Positions 19,401-27,886 of a DNA stretch of 64,000 bases are shown here, piece after piece (within the stretch, counting starts at the first letter, position 1; each line of letters opens with the position of its first letter). The translations under genes and the position numbers were made by a program. The DNA lies in assembly GCA_024401975.1 (NCBI GenBank), contig JAKSKB010000001.1, forward strand, positions 12,542 to 76,541. The letters are read 5' to 3'. Under the pieces are notes generated by a model, which was given only the letters and a program-made list of their open reading frames with translations, made no database searches and had not been told where the DNA came from. Source of the stretch: Bacteroidales bacterium (GTDB lineage Bacteria; Bacteroidota; Bacteroidia; Bacteroidales; UBA932).

Positions 19401-19534
19401 ATGGCGATTGACGCGCAGGAGACCGGAGCCTTCGACTGCGCATCAATGACGCTTCCCTTGACCGTGACGGTCTGTGCGGACAGTGATGCCGCCAGAGCGA
19501 ACAGGGTGAGAACCGGAGTGAATACCTTTTTCAT
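16481..19534 (-). CDS. SusC/RagA family TonB-dependent transporter
   Basis: Signal peptide and N-terminal extension domain; PLYVIDG, LNPADIESIEILKDAASTAIY, NGVVLVTTKRG, FPSVSAGW, LKLRASWG, WETT; C-terminal Phe. Confidence 0.95.
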   Translation of the reverse strand: MKKVFTPVLTLFALAASLSAQTVTVKGSVIDAQSKAPVSCASIAIKGTSSFVTSGDDGSFSIDAPAYGTLQVTFLGYATEDVELNGNASVEVGLTPDFDGLNEIVAVGYATQRKGLLTGSTVHVDGAAITSLSPVNAIGALQSQTPGAFITQESGQPGSGYKVNIRGISTIVGDSEPLYVIDGVAGGSIDALNPADIESIEILKDAASTAIYSGRASNGVVLVTTKRGGSGRTSVSYEGFYGWQNLAKAPGLVSAKDYMKLYDQMLANEGQELTNWVEMLPEDQYAAITSGQRGGTDWFNELYKKGAATTNHTINVNGGTADHSFSVGLSYTGQDGILEADRSAGKAFERYNLRANTDNVVIRKRGLDILRIGETFNLTFSKRHGITEGEGSWNSIRNRLRANPLIPIYTPEGDFYTSASRDILGYAFDDGSFSFANPILLDQSTPRGLNEARSLNLQGSAFIQFQPIKGLKLRSQLGAVLSAGTGSWREEEYAVNDEFFNETASNGRITGISSRISWENTLSYSLTAWKRHHFDFLVGHSLENWTLSQAFAGPTDARYAFSAIFGRFNYNYDDRYLLAVTFRTDGASNLSRGHQWAMFPSVSAGWIISNERWMKGAQNWLSFLKLRASWGKTGNSGLGALSYSTLVQGTFSGFGDKRFPEQTAHIEGIDNPELGWETTKQINAGIDMRFFNSRLGLSFDSYIKNTSDLIVPECIPLAYGFQTACINGGKLRNRGFEFSIDWGKYTGDFQYGIKLNGSHNCNTVLYLPNQGEIISGQSDILGTGTGELYRIEAGRPLGFFYGYKTAGVFQTEEQIANYSGAKYDDAVPGDLIFVDINGDGVIDTDDRTMIGDPRPDFTAGLNLWFAYKGFDLGISGYGAFGQQIVRSYRSFIDCQKDNFTADMLNTWQGEGSSNRLPRLTYGSGRNWKQISDIYVENGDFFRISNVTLGYDFQRLFRGSVISKCRLYVAVQNPFTFTKYQGMDPEVGYGAGENWMQGIDLGCYPSPRTFLIGINLSF

Positions 19535-19589
19535 ACTTAATTATTATGGGGATAAATGGTTTCTGTTGGAGCAAATGCTTAAAATCGTA

Positions 19590-19636
19590 CAAATTTAACA
19601 AAACTTTTTGATTTTGCTGCAAAGAGTATATATTTG
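19590..19636. promoter_or_regulatory. divergent -7 elements for susC (minus) and sdhC (plus)
   Basis: TAAATTTG on the minus strand at 19590-19597 and TATATTTG on the plus strand at 19629-19636. Confidence 0.55.
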
Positions 19637-19661
19637 CATAATTCAGACAACAACAAACGAT

Positions 19662-20390
19662 ATGTTCATCTTCAACTCCTCCATCGGCAAGAAGTTTGTC
19701 CAGGCAGTGTCGGGAGCCTTTCTCATCTTTTTCCTCCTGCTGCACGCCACCATCAATTTCTTTTCCGTAATCGATTCGTTCACCGGGAAATTCGGGATAG
19801 CCGCCGCGGATGACAAACTGTTCTCCGCAGGCGACGGACTTTTCAAGCTCGGCTGCGACTTTATGAGCACGCCCGTCATCTCGATTATGGTGCCTGTGCT
19901 GGCTCTCGGATTCATCGTGCACATTCTCTACGGATGCTGGCTGACGTTCAAGAACATAATCGCCCGCGGAGGGGTCAGACGCTATGAAGTGTCCAGCACT
20001 GCCGCAGCCGATTCGTGGTCATCCAGAAATATGTTCGTACTCGGTATTGTAATCTTCGGGTTCATCTGTTTCCACCTGTTCCATTTCTGGGCGAAGATGC
20101 AGCTTCCGGAGATGTTCGGCATAGGGACTTTCGAGAACAACCCGTACGTGCTTCTCACGGTGGTGTTCGGGCACTGGTGGATAACCCTGCTCTATATCCT
20201 GTGGTTCGTGTCCATCTGGTTCCATCTCACGCACGGATTCTGGAGTATGTTCCAGACGGTGGGCTGGGACGGGCAGACCTGGTTCAAGCGGGTGAAAGTC
20301 ATAGGCGTCATCGTGGTGACTCTCATCTGTCTGCTTTTCGTCACGGTCGCCGTCAACGCTTTCGTGCAGGCCAATTGTATGGCGGCATAG
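19662..20390 (+). CDS. sdhC: succinate dehydrogenase/fumarate reductase cytochrome b subunit (stand-alone)
   Basis: SSIGKKFVQAVSGAFL, LHATIN, HILYG, WSSRNM, HLFHFW, HLTHGFWSMFQTVG; five hydrophobic segments. Start is ATG 19662. Confidence 0.88.
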   Translation: MFIFNSSIGKKFVQAVSGAFLIFFLLLHATINFFSVIDSFTGKFGIAAADDKLFSAGDGLFKLGCDFMSTPVISIMVPVLALGFIVHILYGCWLTFKNIIARGGVRRYEVSSTAAADSWSSRNMFVLGIVIFGFICFHLFHFWAKMQLPEMFGIGTFENNPYVLLTVVFGHWWITLLYILWFVSIWFHLTHGFWSMFQTVGWDGQTWFKRVKVIGVIVVTLICLLFVTVAVNAFVQANCMAA

Positions 20391-20420
20391 AATTGAAACC
20401 CGGGTACGCCCTCCCGCATA

Positions 20421-22154
20421 ATGGACAACGTTTATGCAGAAAGAATAAGCGCCTTGCGCGCCCGGATGGCATCGAAGAACTGGGATGCCGTGGTGATTTC
20501 CGGCTCCGACCCGCACGGCAGCGAATATCCGGCTCCACGATGGCGGCAGGTCGAATGGCTTTCGGGCTTTACCGGTGAGGCCGGGGACCTTGTCATCACC
20601 GCCGGTCACGCCGGGCTCTGGACTGATACACGCTACTTCATACAGGCGAGAGAACAGCTCATTGACACAGGGGTGGAGCTGCACAAGACACGCATTCCCG
20701 GACAGGTCCTCATACCGCAGTGGCTCGCCTCGGAAGCATTCAGGGGAAGAAATACCGTCAACATAGCCGTGGACGGCCTGTGTCAGAGCGTGGAGAGCGT
20801 TTCCGACATAGAAAAGGCTTTCGATGAAGAGACGGAGGTGAGGATAGTCAATGTCCCGGACCTCCTGGATTGTATATGGACTGACCGGCCGCCTGTCCCC
20901 GAAACTCCGATTTTTGAACTTTCGGACGAGGATATGGGGGAAAGCAGTGACGACAGGATAGAGTGGTTGAGGGCTTTTCTGCGCGACAATGGCTGCGACT
21001 CGATGCTTGTGTGCGCCCTTGACGAAATCGCCTGGCTGCTCGGAGTGAGGGCATCCGACATAGAGTACAACCCTCTGGTCATATCCTATCTTCTGGTCAC
21101 TTCCGATGAGGTGAAGTGGTTCGTCCGTGACAATTACAACGACGTGTTCCTCACTCTCAATGACGTGGAGGGAAGGATGTACGTCGATTCGTCCCAACTC
21201 AACTATCATATCTACAAGATGCTGGATCGCGGGCGTCTCGTTTGCGGGCCTTCTCCCGTGCAGTTGAGGAAGGCCGTGAAGAATCCGGTGGAAATCGCAG
21301 GTATGAGGCAGGCCCACCTTTTGGACGGCATAGCGATGGAAAAGTTCCTCTTCTGGCTGGAGGCCGAGGTGTCTTCCGGACGTCCCGTGAGCGAATGGGA
21401 TGCAGCTTGCCGCATAGGTGCCTACAGGGCCGGTATGGAAGGCAGTATGGGTGACAGTTTCGAGACCATTTCCGCCTATGGCGGATCTGCCGCGCTCCCC
21501 CATTACGTCACGCCACGTGTCAATTCGCCTATGCTCCGCGCCGAAGGACTCTATCTCTGTGATTCCGGGGGACAATATGTCTGCGGGACGACCGACATCA
21601 CCCGGACTGTCCCTCTGGGGCCTTGTTCGGGGTTGGAGAAGGAGGACTACACTCTGGTGCTCAAGGGGCACATAGACCTTGCGATGGCCGTTTTCCCGAA
21701 AGGTACGGCAGGGTGCCAGATCGATGCGCTGGCCCGCGAGCCGCTGTGGAAGCACCTGAGAAATTTCGGACACGGGACAGGCCACGGGGTGGGTTGCTTC
21801 CTGTGCGTGCACGAGGGGCCGCAGGACATAAGGCAGAATTTCAATGCCCAGCCGCTCCTGCCGGGAATGATTTGTTCCGACGAGCCCGGCATCTACCGGG
21901 AGGGAATGCACGGGGTGAGACACGAAAACCTGCTTCTGTGCCGCGAGGAGGGCAGCAACGAGTTTGGAGAATGGCTCGGTTTCGAGCCGCTGACGTTCTG
22001 TCACTTCGATACGGGAGCCTTGCTTGCGGAATTGCTTACCGGAGAAGAAATCGAATGGCTCAATGCCTACAACGCTCGCGTGTACGACACTCTCTCGCCT
22101 CTTCTTCCCCCTGAGGTGGCATCCTGGCTGTCGGACAAGACAAAGCCCATATAG
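20421..22154 (+). CDS. Xaa-Pro aminopeptidase (M24B)
   Basis: DPHGSEY, SGFTG, LWTDTRY, DSGGQY, GTTDITRT, HGTGHGVG, VHEGP, EPGIY, GVRHEN. Confidence 0.93.
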   Translation: MDNVYAERISALRARMASKNWDAVVISGSDPHGSEYPAPRWRQVEWLSGFTGEAGDLVITAGHAGLWTDTRYFIQAREQLIDTGVELHKTRIPGQVLIPQWLASEAFRGRNTVNIAVDGLCQSVESVSDIEKAFDEETEVRIVNVPDLLDCIWTDRPPVPETPIFELSDEDMGESSDDRIEWLRAFLRDNGCDSMLVCALDEIAWLLGVRASDIEYNPLVISYLLVTSDEVKWFVRDNYNDVFLTLNDVEGRMYVDSSQLNYHIYKMLDRGRLVCGPSPVQLRKAVKNPVEIAGMRQAHLLDGIAMEKFLFWLEAEVSSGRPVSEWDAACRIGAYRAGMEGSMGDSFETISAYGGSAALPHYVTPRVNSPMLRAEGLYLCDSGGQYVCGTTDITRTVPLGPCSGLEKEDYTLVLKGHIDLAMAVFPKGTAGCQIDALAREPLWKHLRNFGHGTGHGVGCFLCVHEGPQDIRQNFNAQPLLPGMICSDEPGIYREGMHGVRHENLLLCREEGSNEFGEWLGFEPLTFCHFDTGALLAELLTGEEIEWLNAYNARVYDTLSPLLPPEVASWLSDKTKPI

Positions 22155-22158
22155 AGAA

Positions 22159-23235
22159 TCATATCAGGTCGCGGATGATGGCATCGGAGACGAACCATTC
22201 GCTTTCCGGGATACGGAGTCTTCCTCCCACGCATTTTTCCAGAGAGGAAATGTCCTTGCCCTCCACTTCCGACGGCTCGATTCCCCTGTCGGTCCTCAGA
22301 CCGAGCATTATCCTTTCCTCCCTTATTTCTGCGGGGCTGAGAATCTCGCTTCCGGATGTCCAGCGTGGGAGTGTGCAGGAGTTCCAGCTTCGCCTGTCCG
22401 CTTCTCCTCCGTTTCCGTGGGCGGGGGTGGAAAAGGTTAGCGAATGGGCTCCGGGTCCCAGCCCGACATACGGCTGCCTGCGCCAGTAGGCCGAATTGTG
22501 CAGGGCTTCTCTGCCAGGTTTCGCGAAATTGGAAATCTCATAGTGGCGATACCCGGCTGCGGCAAGTGTGTCGCAGAGAATGTCATACTGCCGCCGACAC
22601 TGCTCTGCGTCAGCTTCTTCATATCTTCCGTCCCTGACCATCGCCGCGAGGGCGCTGCCTTCTTCGATGGAGAGCTGGTAGGCTGATATGTGCTCCGGGG
22701 AAAGGGCTGCAGCCTGCCTGAGGGTGTCTTTCCAGACCGAATCGTCAAGATGTGATATGCCTGATATGAGGTCGATGCCTATGTTGTCGAACCCGGCTTC
22801 GCGCAGGATTCCGAACGCCTCAACGGCGCGGCGGGAGTCGTGACGCCTGCCCATCCATCGGAGAAGGGTGTCATCGAAGGACTGTATGCCCATACTGATG
22901 CGGTTGACACCGGCTTCGCGCAGTCCTCGGGCATACGCCGGCCCTTTGCAGGCGATGTCTTCGGGATTGACTTCGACGGTGAATTCGTCGGGAGGAGGAC
23001 AGCCGAGGGCATCCGCAATCCCGGCGATGGCGGAAAGCGGCAGTACGGAGGGAGTGCCGCCGCCTATGTACAGGGTGTTGAGGGCGAGAGTGGACGTGAT
23101 TTCGTCCCTCCGCGCCTCTATCTCCTCCGTGAGTTCACGCATAAAAAGATTCTGCACCTTTTCGCCGCGGATTTCCGAATAGAAATCGCAATAGGTGCAG
23201 AAACTTTTGCAGAAAGGTACGTGTACGTATATCAC
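22159..23235 (-). CDS. hemW: radical SAM heme chaperone HemW
   Basis: IYVHVPFCKSFCTYCDF, GGGTPS, HYEISNF, HNSAYW, GLGPGAHS. Confidence 0.88.
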   Translation of the reverse strand: MIYVHVPFCKSFCTYCDFYSEIRGEKVQNLFMRELTEEIEARRDEITSTLALNTLYIGGGTPSVLPLSAIAGIADALGCPPPDEFTVEVNPEDIACKGPAYARGLREAGVNRISMGIQSFDDTLLRWMGRRHDSRRAVEAFGILREAGFDNIGIDLISGISHLDDSVWKDTLRQAAALSPEHISAYQLSIEEGSALAAMVRDGRYEEADAEQCRRQYDILCDTLAAAGYRHYEISNFAKPGREALHNSAYWRRQPYVGLGPGAHSLTFSTPAHGNGGEADRRSWNSCTLPRWTSGSEILSPAEIREERIMLGLRTDRGIEPSEVEGKDISSLEKCVGGRLRIPESEWFVSDAIIRDLI

Positions 23236-23237
23236 TT

Positions 23238-24146
23238 CTATCTGAGAAGCACTTCGGCGGTGCCCAGAAGGGCCTGCCTGGTGTAGACCTCGACGGTGTA
23301 GATGCCTTTGGAATAGGAAGGTATGTCGTTGAGATATATGCTCATATCGATTTCCTTTCCTTCGTAGTCAACTTCACGAGACGCGGAGGCGCTCATCATC
23401 GAGTCCTGGAAGGAGAATGACACCTGCGTGCCGTTGGTGAGCAGTATCCCGTCCGGGTCTTTCACTCTGATGTACACTCTCATCGGGCCTTTCGGGGCGA
23501 GGTCATTCTCGACCAGACTGAGGGTGGTGAGCATACGCACTACCCTGCTGCTCCTGTCCGTCGGCCTGTCGTTGGCACCGTATGCCTCTATGCGGATTCC
23601 GCGCGCTTTCACGACCGCGCCTGCGGCTACCTGCCCGCTGAGGTTTTCCACCCGTTGGCTGAGTTCTTCATTGGCTCTGCGACTCTCGGCGGCTTCCCTG
23701 CGTGCCGCGACAGCATCGGCGGTGAGCTTTTGGTTGAGTGTGTTGAGGGAGTCTATCTGGAGGATGTAACTCTTCATTATGGTCCTCAGGGTACCGAGTT
23801 CCTTTTCATACTGACGCATCTTGGCGCGGTTGGTGGCGTCGGTTTTCTTTATGCGTTCGACAAGTTGCGCAACTTCTTCCCTGGAGGAGTCGAGTTGGGA
23901 ACTTATCTGTATGTTTTCCGTGGAAAGGGCGTCATAATCGCTCTGAAGGGTTACAATCTGCGCCGTCAAGTCCTCTTTTTCGCTGTTGAGGTCACGGACA
24001 AGCAGCGCTTTCGATATCCAGATGTACGCGAGCAGTGCAGCGAGAGCAACCACCAGCGCAATCATAAGGTGCATAGTTTTCTTGAGGCCGGAATTTTTTT
24101 TCTCGTTTGCTTCGCGGTCGAGTCTCTCCAATGGATCTTCAGTCAT
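23238..24146 (-). CDS. conserved hypothetical membrane-anchored coiled-coil protein
   Basis: One N-terminal TM helix, a long heptad coiled coil and a beta-rich C-terminal domain. Confidence 0.75.
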   Translation of the reverse strand: MTEDPLERLDREANEKKNSGLKKTMHLMIALVVALAALLAYIWISKALLVRDLNSEKEDLTAQIVTLQSDYDALSTENIQISSQLDSSREEVAQLVERIKKTDATNRAKMRQYEKELGTLRTIMKSYILQIDSLNTLNQKLTADAVAARREAAESRRANEELSQRVENLSGQVAAGAVVKARGIRIEAYGANDRPTDRSSRVVRMLTTLSLVENDLAPKGPMRVYIRVKDPDGILLTNGTQVSFSFQDSMMSASASREVDYEGKEIDMSIYLNDIPSYSKGIYTVEVYTRQALLGTAEVLLR

Positions 24147-24217
24147 AATTTTCGTCTTGAATTGATTATCGGGGCTAATTTAATAAATTTTAACCGAATA
24201 TTCATATATTTGTGTGT

Positions 24218-24691
24218 ATGAAATACATATTCAGAGCTCTGAGATACTTCGTCTTCATCTGCCTGCTGCTGGCATTGATACTGGCGGCTCTTGTCCTGTG
24301 CAACCTGGTTGACAGGGATATTTCCTCCATCTTCCGCAACGGGTATGATTCCCTCTGGCACATAGCGCTGATGTTTTTCGCGCTTTCCTTCATCTATCCT
24401 CGTTTCGGCTACACCAGAAGAGGGGCGCTTGTTCCGGGCGAATACCGTCAGATTCGCGGGGGCGTCATCTCCTATATGGAACTCATAGGATACCGCCTCC
24501 TCAGGGAAGATGGGGAAGACCTGGTCTTCGTGAAGAAATCGCCGCTTTCAAGATTGCTGAGAAAGAGCGACGACACCATAACGATGACGCGGGAACTGCC
24601 GGGATTCTACGTGGAGGGCCCGGTGAAGGACGTGATGCGCATCTGTTCGGGGCTGGAGGAGAAATTCAGGCCCGGGTCTGACGGAGAATGA
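24218..24691 (+). CDS. hypothetical membrane protein
   Basis: Two N-terminal hydrophobic segments; TATATTTG at 24205-24212 precedes ATG 24218. Confidence 0.7.
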   Translation: MKYIFRALRYFVFICLLLALILAALVLCNLVDRDISSIFRNGYDSLWHIALMFFALSFIYPRFGYTRRGALVPGEYRQIRGGVISYMELIGYRLLREDGEDLVFVKKSPLSRLLRKSDDTITMTRELPGFYVEGPVKDVMRICSGLEEKFRPGSDGE

Positions 24692-25274
24692 CATCCGCCG
24701 CCGCTTCCAGGGCATCGTAAAATTCTTTTCCGAAATACCTGATGAGGGGTTCCCTGAGGAAAGCGTATGCCCTGACACCTTCCTTTCTGCCTTTTGTGAC
24801 GGCGTCCCTGCAGATGTCCCAGTGATGCATATTGAGAGCTATGCCGCCGCCCGTCAGGTTGGTTATCCGTATGGGATAGAGGCTGCACGATTGCGGTTTC
24901 CTGAAAGAGCAGCCGTTTTCCAGAAAGCATTTCTCGATGGAGCACAGGCAGTTGCCTTCCCCGTCGATGCTGGAATATGCGCATTCGCCTCCGGCGGGAA
25001 CGACGGGAGTGACCATATCGCCTTCGAAGTCAATCTCGAAAAATCCTTTCTGCGCGACTGCGTCCCGTCCCTGCCCGCTCATATATGGGGAGAAGGCTCC
25101 GTAGCACCGTTCCAGTTTCTCCGCTTCTTCCTCTTCGAGAGGAGCTCCGCAGTCCCCTTCGCTGCAGCAGCGCCACTTGCAGGAAGCATAGTCGCAACAG
25201 AAATAATCCGTCACCACTTCTTCCGAGACAAGGACGCGCCCTATCTGCACTATGGTCCCGAAGTCTTTTTTCAT
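24666..25274 (-). CDS. DUF3109 family Cys-rich protein
   Basis: FCCD...CK..CC.EGD.GAPL, CSIEK, KPQSCSLYPIR, EPLIRYFG. Confidence 0.85.
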   Translation of the reverse strand: MKKDFGTIVQIGRVLVSEEVVTDYFCCDYASCKWRCCSEGDCGAPLEEEEAEKLERCYGAFSPYMSGQGRDAVAQKGFFEIDFEGDMVTPVVPAGGECAYSSIDGEGNCLCSIEKCFLENGCSFRKPQSCSLYPIRITNLTGGGIALNMHHWDICRDAVTKGRKEGVRAYAFLREPLIRYFGKEFYDALEAAADVILRQTRA

Positions 25275-27811
25275 CTTACCATAAATTCGATTTTGAACCC
25301 TTCATTGAAGGCGTGCAGCACCTCGCTTACGTCTTCGGGGGTCAGGCTGGCTATGACTTCGGCATAATTCGACGTAAGGTCCTTGCCTTCGGAGTAACGG
25401 AGCATCAGGGCGTCCATCATCGAGGTGTTCAACTTGCTGTCGGTGTCCCACTGGCTTTTCAGTATGGCCTTGTAGATATTCATTTCTGCGGGCGCGATGG
25501 TCTTGGAGGTGACCATTTCCAAAGATGCCCTGATCGCCGGCAGCGTTGCCTGAAGGGATTTGACGTCCACTCCATCCGGAAGTCCGAAACTGTCGGCGGG
25601 GCGGCAGGTCACCAGGAAGGAGAATCTCTCTTTCGGAACGGATTCGACGTCCGCAGCATATTCGGACCACATCCCGTAGCGTATGAGCGTGCTTGCCAAT
25701 TCTCTCTGGAAGACGAGTTGTGCCACCCTGAAAGCCATATATCTCTTGAAGGTGACGGGCAATTCGGCCGTGAGGTACACGTTGACGCTGTTGTCCGGAT
25801 AGTCGAACACGTAGGACTTCCAGCCGGGTCGCGAGGTGTATCGTATGTCGGGGCGGATGGAATAGGACCTTCCTGTCGAGAATGCCCCCAAGTGCCTGGT
25901 CAGCGTCTTCTTGAGATCATCGGGACGAAGATTGCCCATAATGACCAGCACTCCGTCGTTGACCTTGGAGAACTGGCGGTCAAGGTAGTTAAGGGCTGAT
26001 TCCGGAAGAGTCCCGGTCAGACCGCGGGACTGCTTTTTAGGTATGAAAGCATAGTCGGGTCTGGAAATGCTGTCCACTACGGCGAGATACTGCCTGCTCA
26101 CGTCAAGCCGTATCGCCTCGCATTTCTTGTAGTAAAGGTAGCCGTCTTCATCGGCTTCTCTTGCACCGGCAAGTGTATTGAGGGCGTTGAGGAGCTGTTC
26201 AATCCGCTCCGACGGTGCAGTCCCGTACACTCTCAGGTCTGAAATCCCTGCCCGGCAGTTTATGCTGATGCCTTCCGCACGGAGGGCGTTTTCAAATTCT
26301 CCCGCCGGAAGATTGCCTATGCGCAGATACCGGGTGAAGTCCGAGATGAATGGTCCCTCTCCTCCGGACAATCCCTTGACGTCGGCATACCCTCCTTTTA
26401 TCAGCAGCGCGTAGTGCAGTTCCTTTGCCGCAGGCTGTTCCTTGAATATCACTTTCATCCCATTGGAGAACGTCCACATCGTCCCTCCCGTCATCGGCTC
26501 CAGAGCCTCTGTCTTCAATTTGACCTTTTCCGAAACGGAGTAAGGTTGAAGGGGGGCGGGATATCTGAACGGGCTGTACTTGACACCGGATTTCCACGCT
26601 TCCTTATAAATGGCGGTCATCTCTTCCCCGGGGAAAGGATTTCCGGGGGAAGCGATGCGCAGGGTGACGTCCTTGTCAGGGTTTATGAGCGCTGAAGTGA
26701 AGCTGCTGAGAAGCGAGCTTTCCACGTCGACAGGGAGCACCTTGGCTTCGAAGAAGTTAACGGAGGCCTGAATTGAACCGAGATGGGTGCCGTAGAGATA
26801 GGCGGACTCGCATTGACTGACGTATCCGACATTGGTCTGCAGTACGTCATCGCATATGCGAATCTGCCCGGCGAGATGTTCTTTCTGTATGGATTTCATC
26901 TCTTCGGGGCTCACGCCTTCCGTGTCTATTCCGTGCAGGACACCCGCCAGTACGGACAGCGCCTCGCGCACTTCGGAACCGTTCACAGTCACCTCCACGG
27001 TGAAGAACTCGTCTCCCGGCGAGGCTATGCTGTCGACATATCGGGTGTTGATTCCTCCAAGGGCTATGCCCTTCCCGCGGAAGGCCGCACCGACGTGGTT
27101 TCTCAACACGATGGCGAGTTCATCGAACATCTTGCGCATAGCGAAGACCTGTACCGTACCGGCAAGGTCGGAAGGAATGCGGGGTGTCCTGTAAGTGAGG
27201 CTTATCGTGGCGGTACTGCCGTCCGGGACGAGTGAGGATTCATATTTTACGCCGCTCTCGGAGATCCATTTGTACGGCTCGCGGGCGGGGGCAGGTTTGC
27301 GGGGAGGCACCATCATCGAGAAAATGCTCATCTTCCCTTTGAGGTTGGAGGCGTCTACGTCTCCGCTTATGATTACCGCCTGCTCGTAGGGAGAGTAGTC
27401 GCACAGACCGAAAAGCATCATCAGAGTGGTATCGGACGCTGCTGCATCAGCTATAGGTACGTTCTCGAAACGGAACGACGAGCTCGTTCCGTCCGATTTG
27501 AAATAGCCGTCCTCGGAATAGCCCACCCCCTTGGATGCCAGATAGCGGGCGGGGGAAGAGCCTTGAAGGATGGGGAGGGACTTGAGGGCTTCGGAAGCCG
27601 TCTGCCTCTCAAGAGGGACTTTCTGCACCACGGCATAATCAGCATATCCGCGGGAGGCCCTGTTGGTCACGATGTAATACGTCAAGCCGTTGGGGAACAC
27701 TCCCGTCTCTATGTTCGCATCCTTTGCAATCTGCGGAAGAGTCTGGGCTCCTGACAGGGCACAGAATATGGTCAGGGCTATACTGATTGTCGCTTTCTTC
27801 ATAGTCTTCAT
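25271..27811 (-). CDS. M16 (PqqL-like) peptidase homolog lacking the HxxEH zinc motif
   Basis: Signal peptide; GVFPNGLTYYIV, AVIISGDVD, WTFSNGMKVIFK, LVIMGN; no HxxEH. Start is 27811 or 27802. Confidence 0.75.
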   Translation of the reverse strand: MKTMKKATISIALTIFCALSGAQTLPQIAKDANIETGVFPNGLTYYIVTNRASRGYADYAVVQKVPLERQTASEALKSLPILQGSSPARYLASKGVGYSEDGYFKSDGTSSSFRFENVPIADAAASDTTLMMLFGLCDYSPYEQAVIISGDVDASNLKGKMSIFSMMVPPRKPAPAREPYKWISESGVKYESSLVPDGSTATISLTYRTPRIPSDLAGTVQVFAMRKMFDELAIVLRNHVGAAFRGKGIALGGINTRYVDSIASPGDEFFTVEVTVNGSEVREALSVLAGVLHGIDTEGVSPEEMKSIQKEHLAGQIRICDDVLQTNVGYVSQCESAYLYGTHLGSIQASVNFFEAKVLPVDVESSLLSSFTSALINPDKDVTLRIASPGNPFPGEEMTAIYKEAWKSGVKYSPFRYPAPLQPYSVSEKVKLKTEALEPMTGGTMWTFSNGMKVIFKEQPAAKELHYALLIKGGYADVKGLSGGEGPFISDFTRYLRIGNLPAGEFENALRAEGISINCRAGISDLRVYGTAPSERIEQLLNALNTLAGAREADEDGYLYYKKCEAIRLDVSRQYLAVVDSISRPDYAFIPKKQSRGLTGTLPESALNYLDRQFSKVNDGVLVIMGNLRPDDLKKTLTRHLGAFSTGRSYSIRPDIRYTSRPGWKSYVFDYPDNSVNVYLTAELPVTFKRYMAFRVAQLVFQRELASTLIRYGMWSEYAADVESVPKERFSFLVTCRPADSFGLPDGVDVKSLQATLPAIRASLEMVTSKTIAPAEMNIYKAILKSQWDTDSKLNTSMMDALMLRYSEGKDLTSNYAEVIASLTPEDVSEVLHAFNEGFKIEFMVR

Positions 27812-27832
27812 TCTTTTTACCGGGAAATCATA

Positions 27833-27861
27833 CAAATTTAATGCAAAAAGTTTTATATTTG
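27833..27861. promoter_or_regulatory. divergent -7 elements for the M16-like gene (minus) and TPR gene (plus)
   Basis: TAAATTTG on the minus strand at 27833-27840 and TATATTTG on the plus strand at 27854-27861. Confidence 0.55.
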
Positions 27862-27886
27862 TACTTCGCAATCACATAATGTCATT

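Noticed and set aside
20019-22004. Long antisense ORFs (661 aa here; also 34265..35974, 28618..30027, 59647..60753, 54484..55563, 2203..3174)
   Set aside because: These are shadow frames opposite well-conserved genes, expected from biased codon usage, and have no recognisable motifs.
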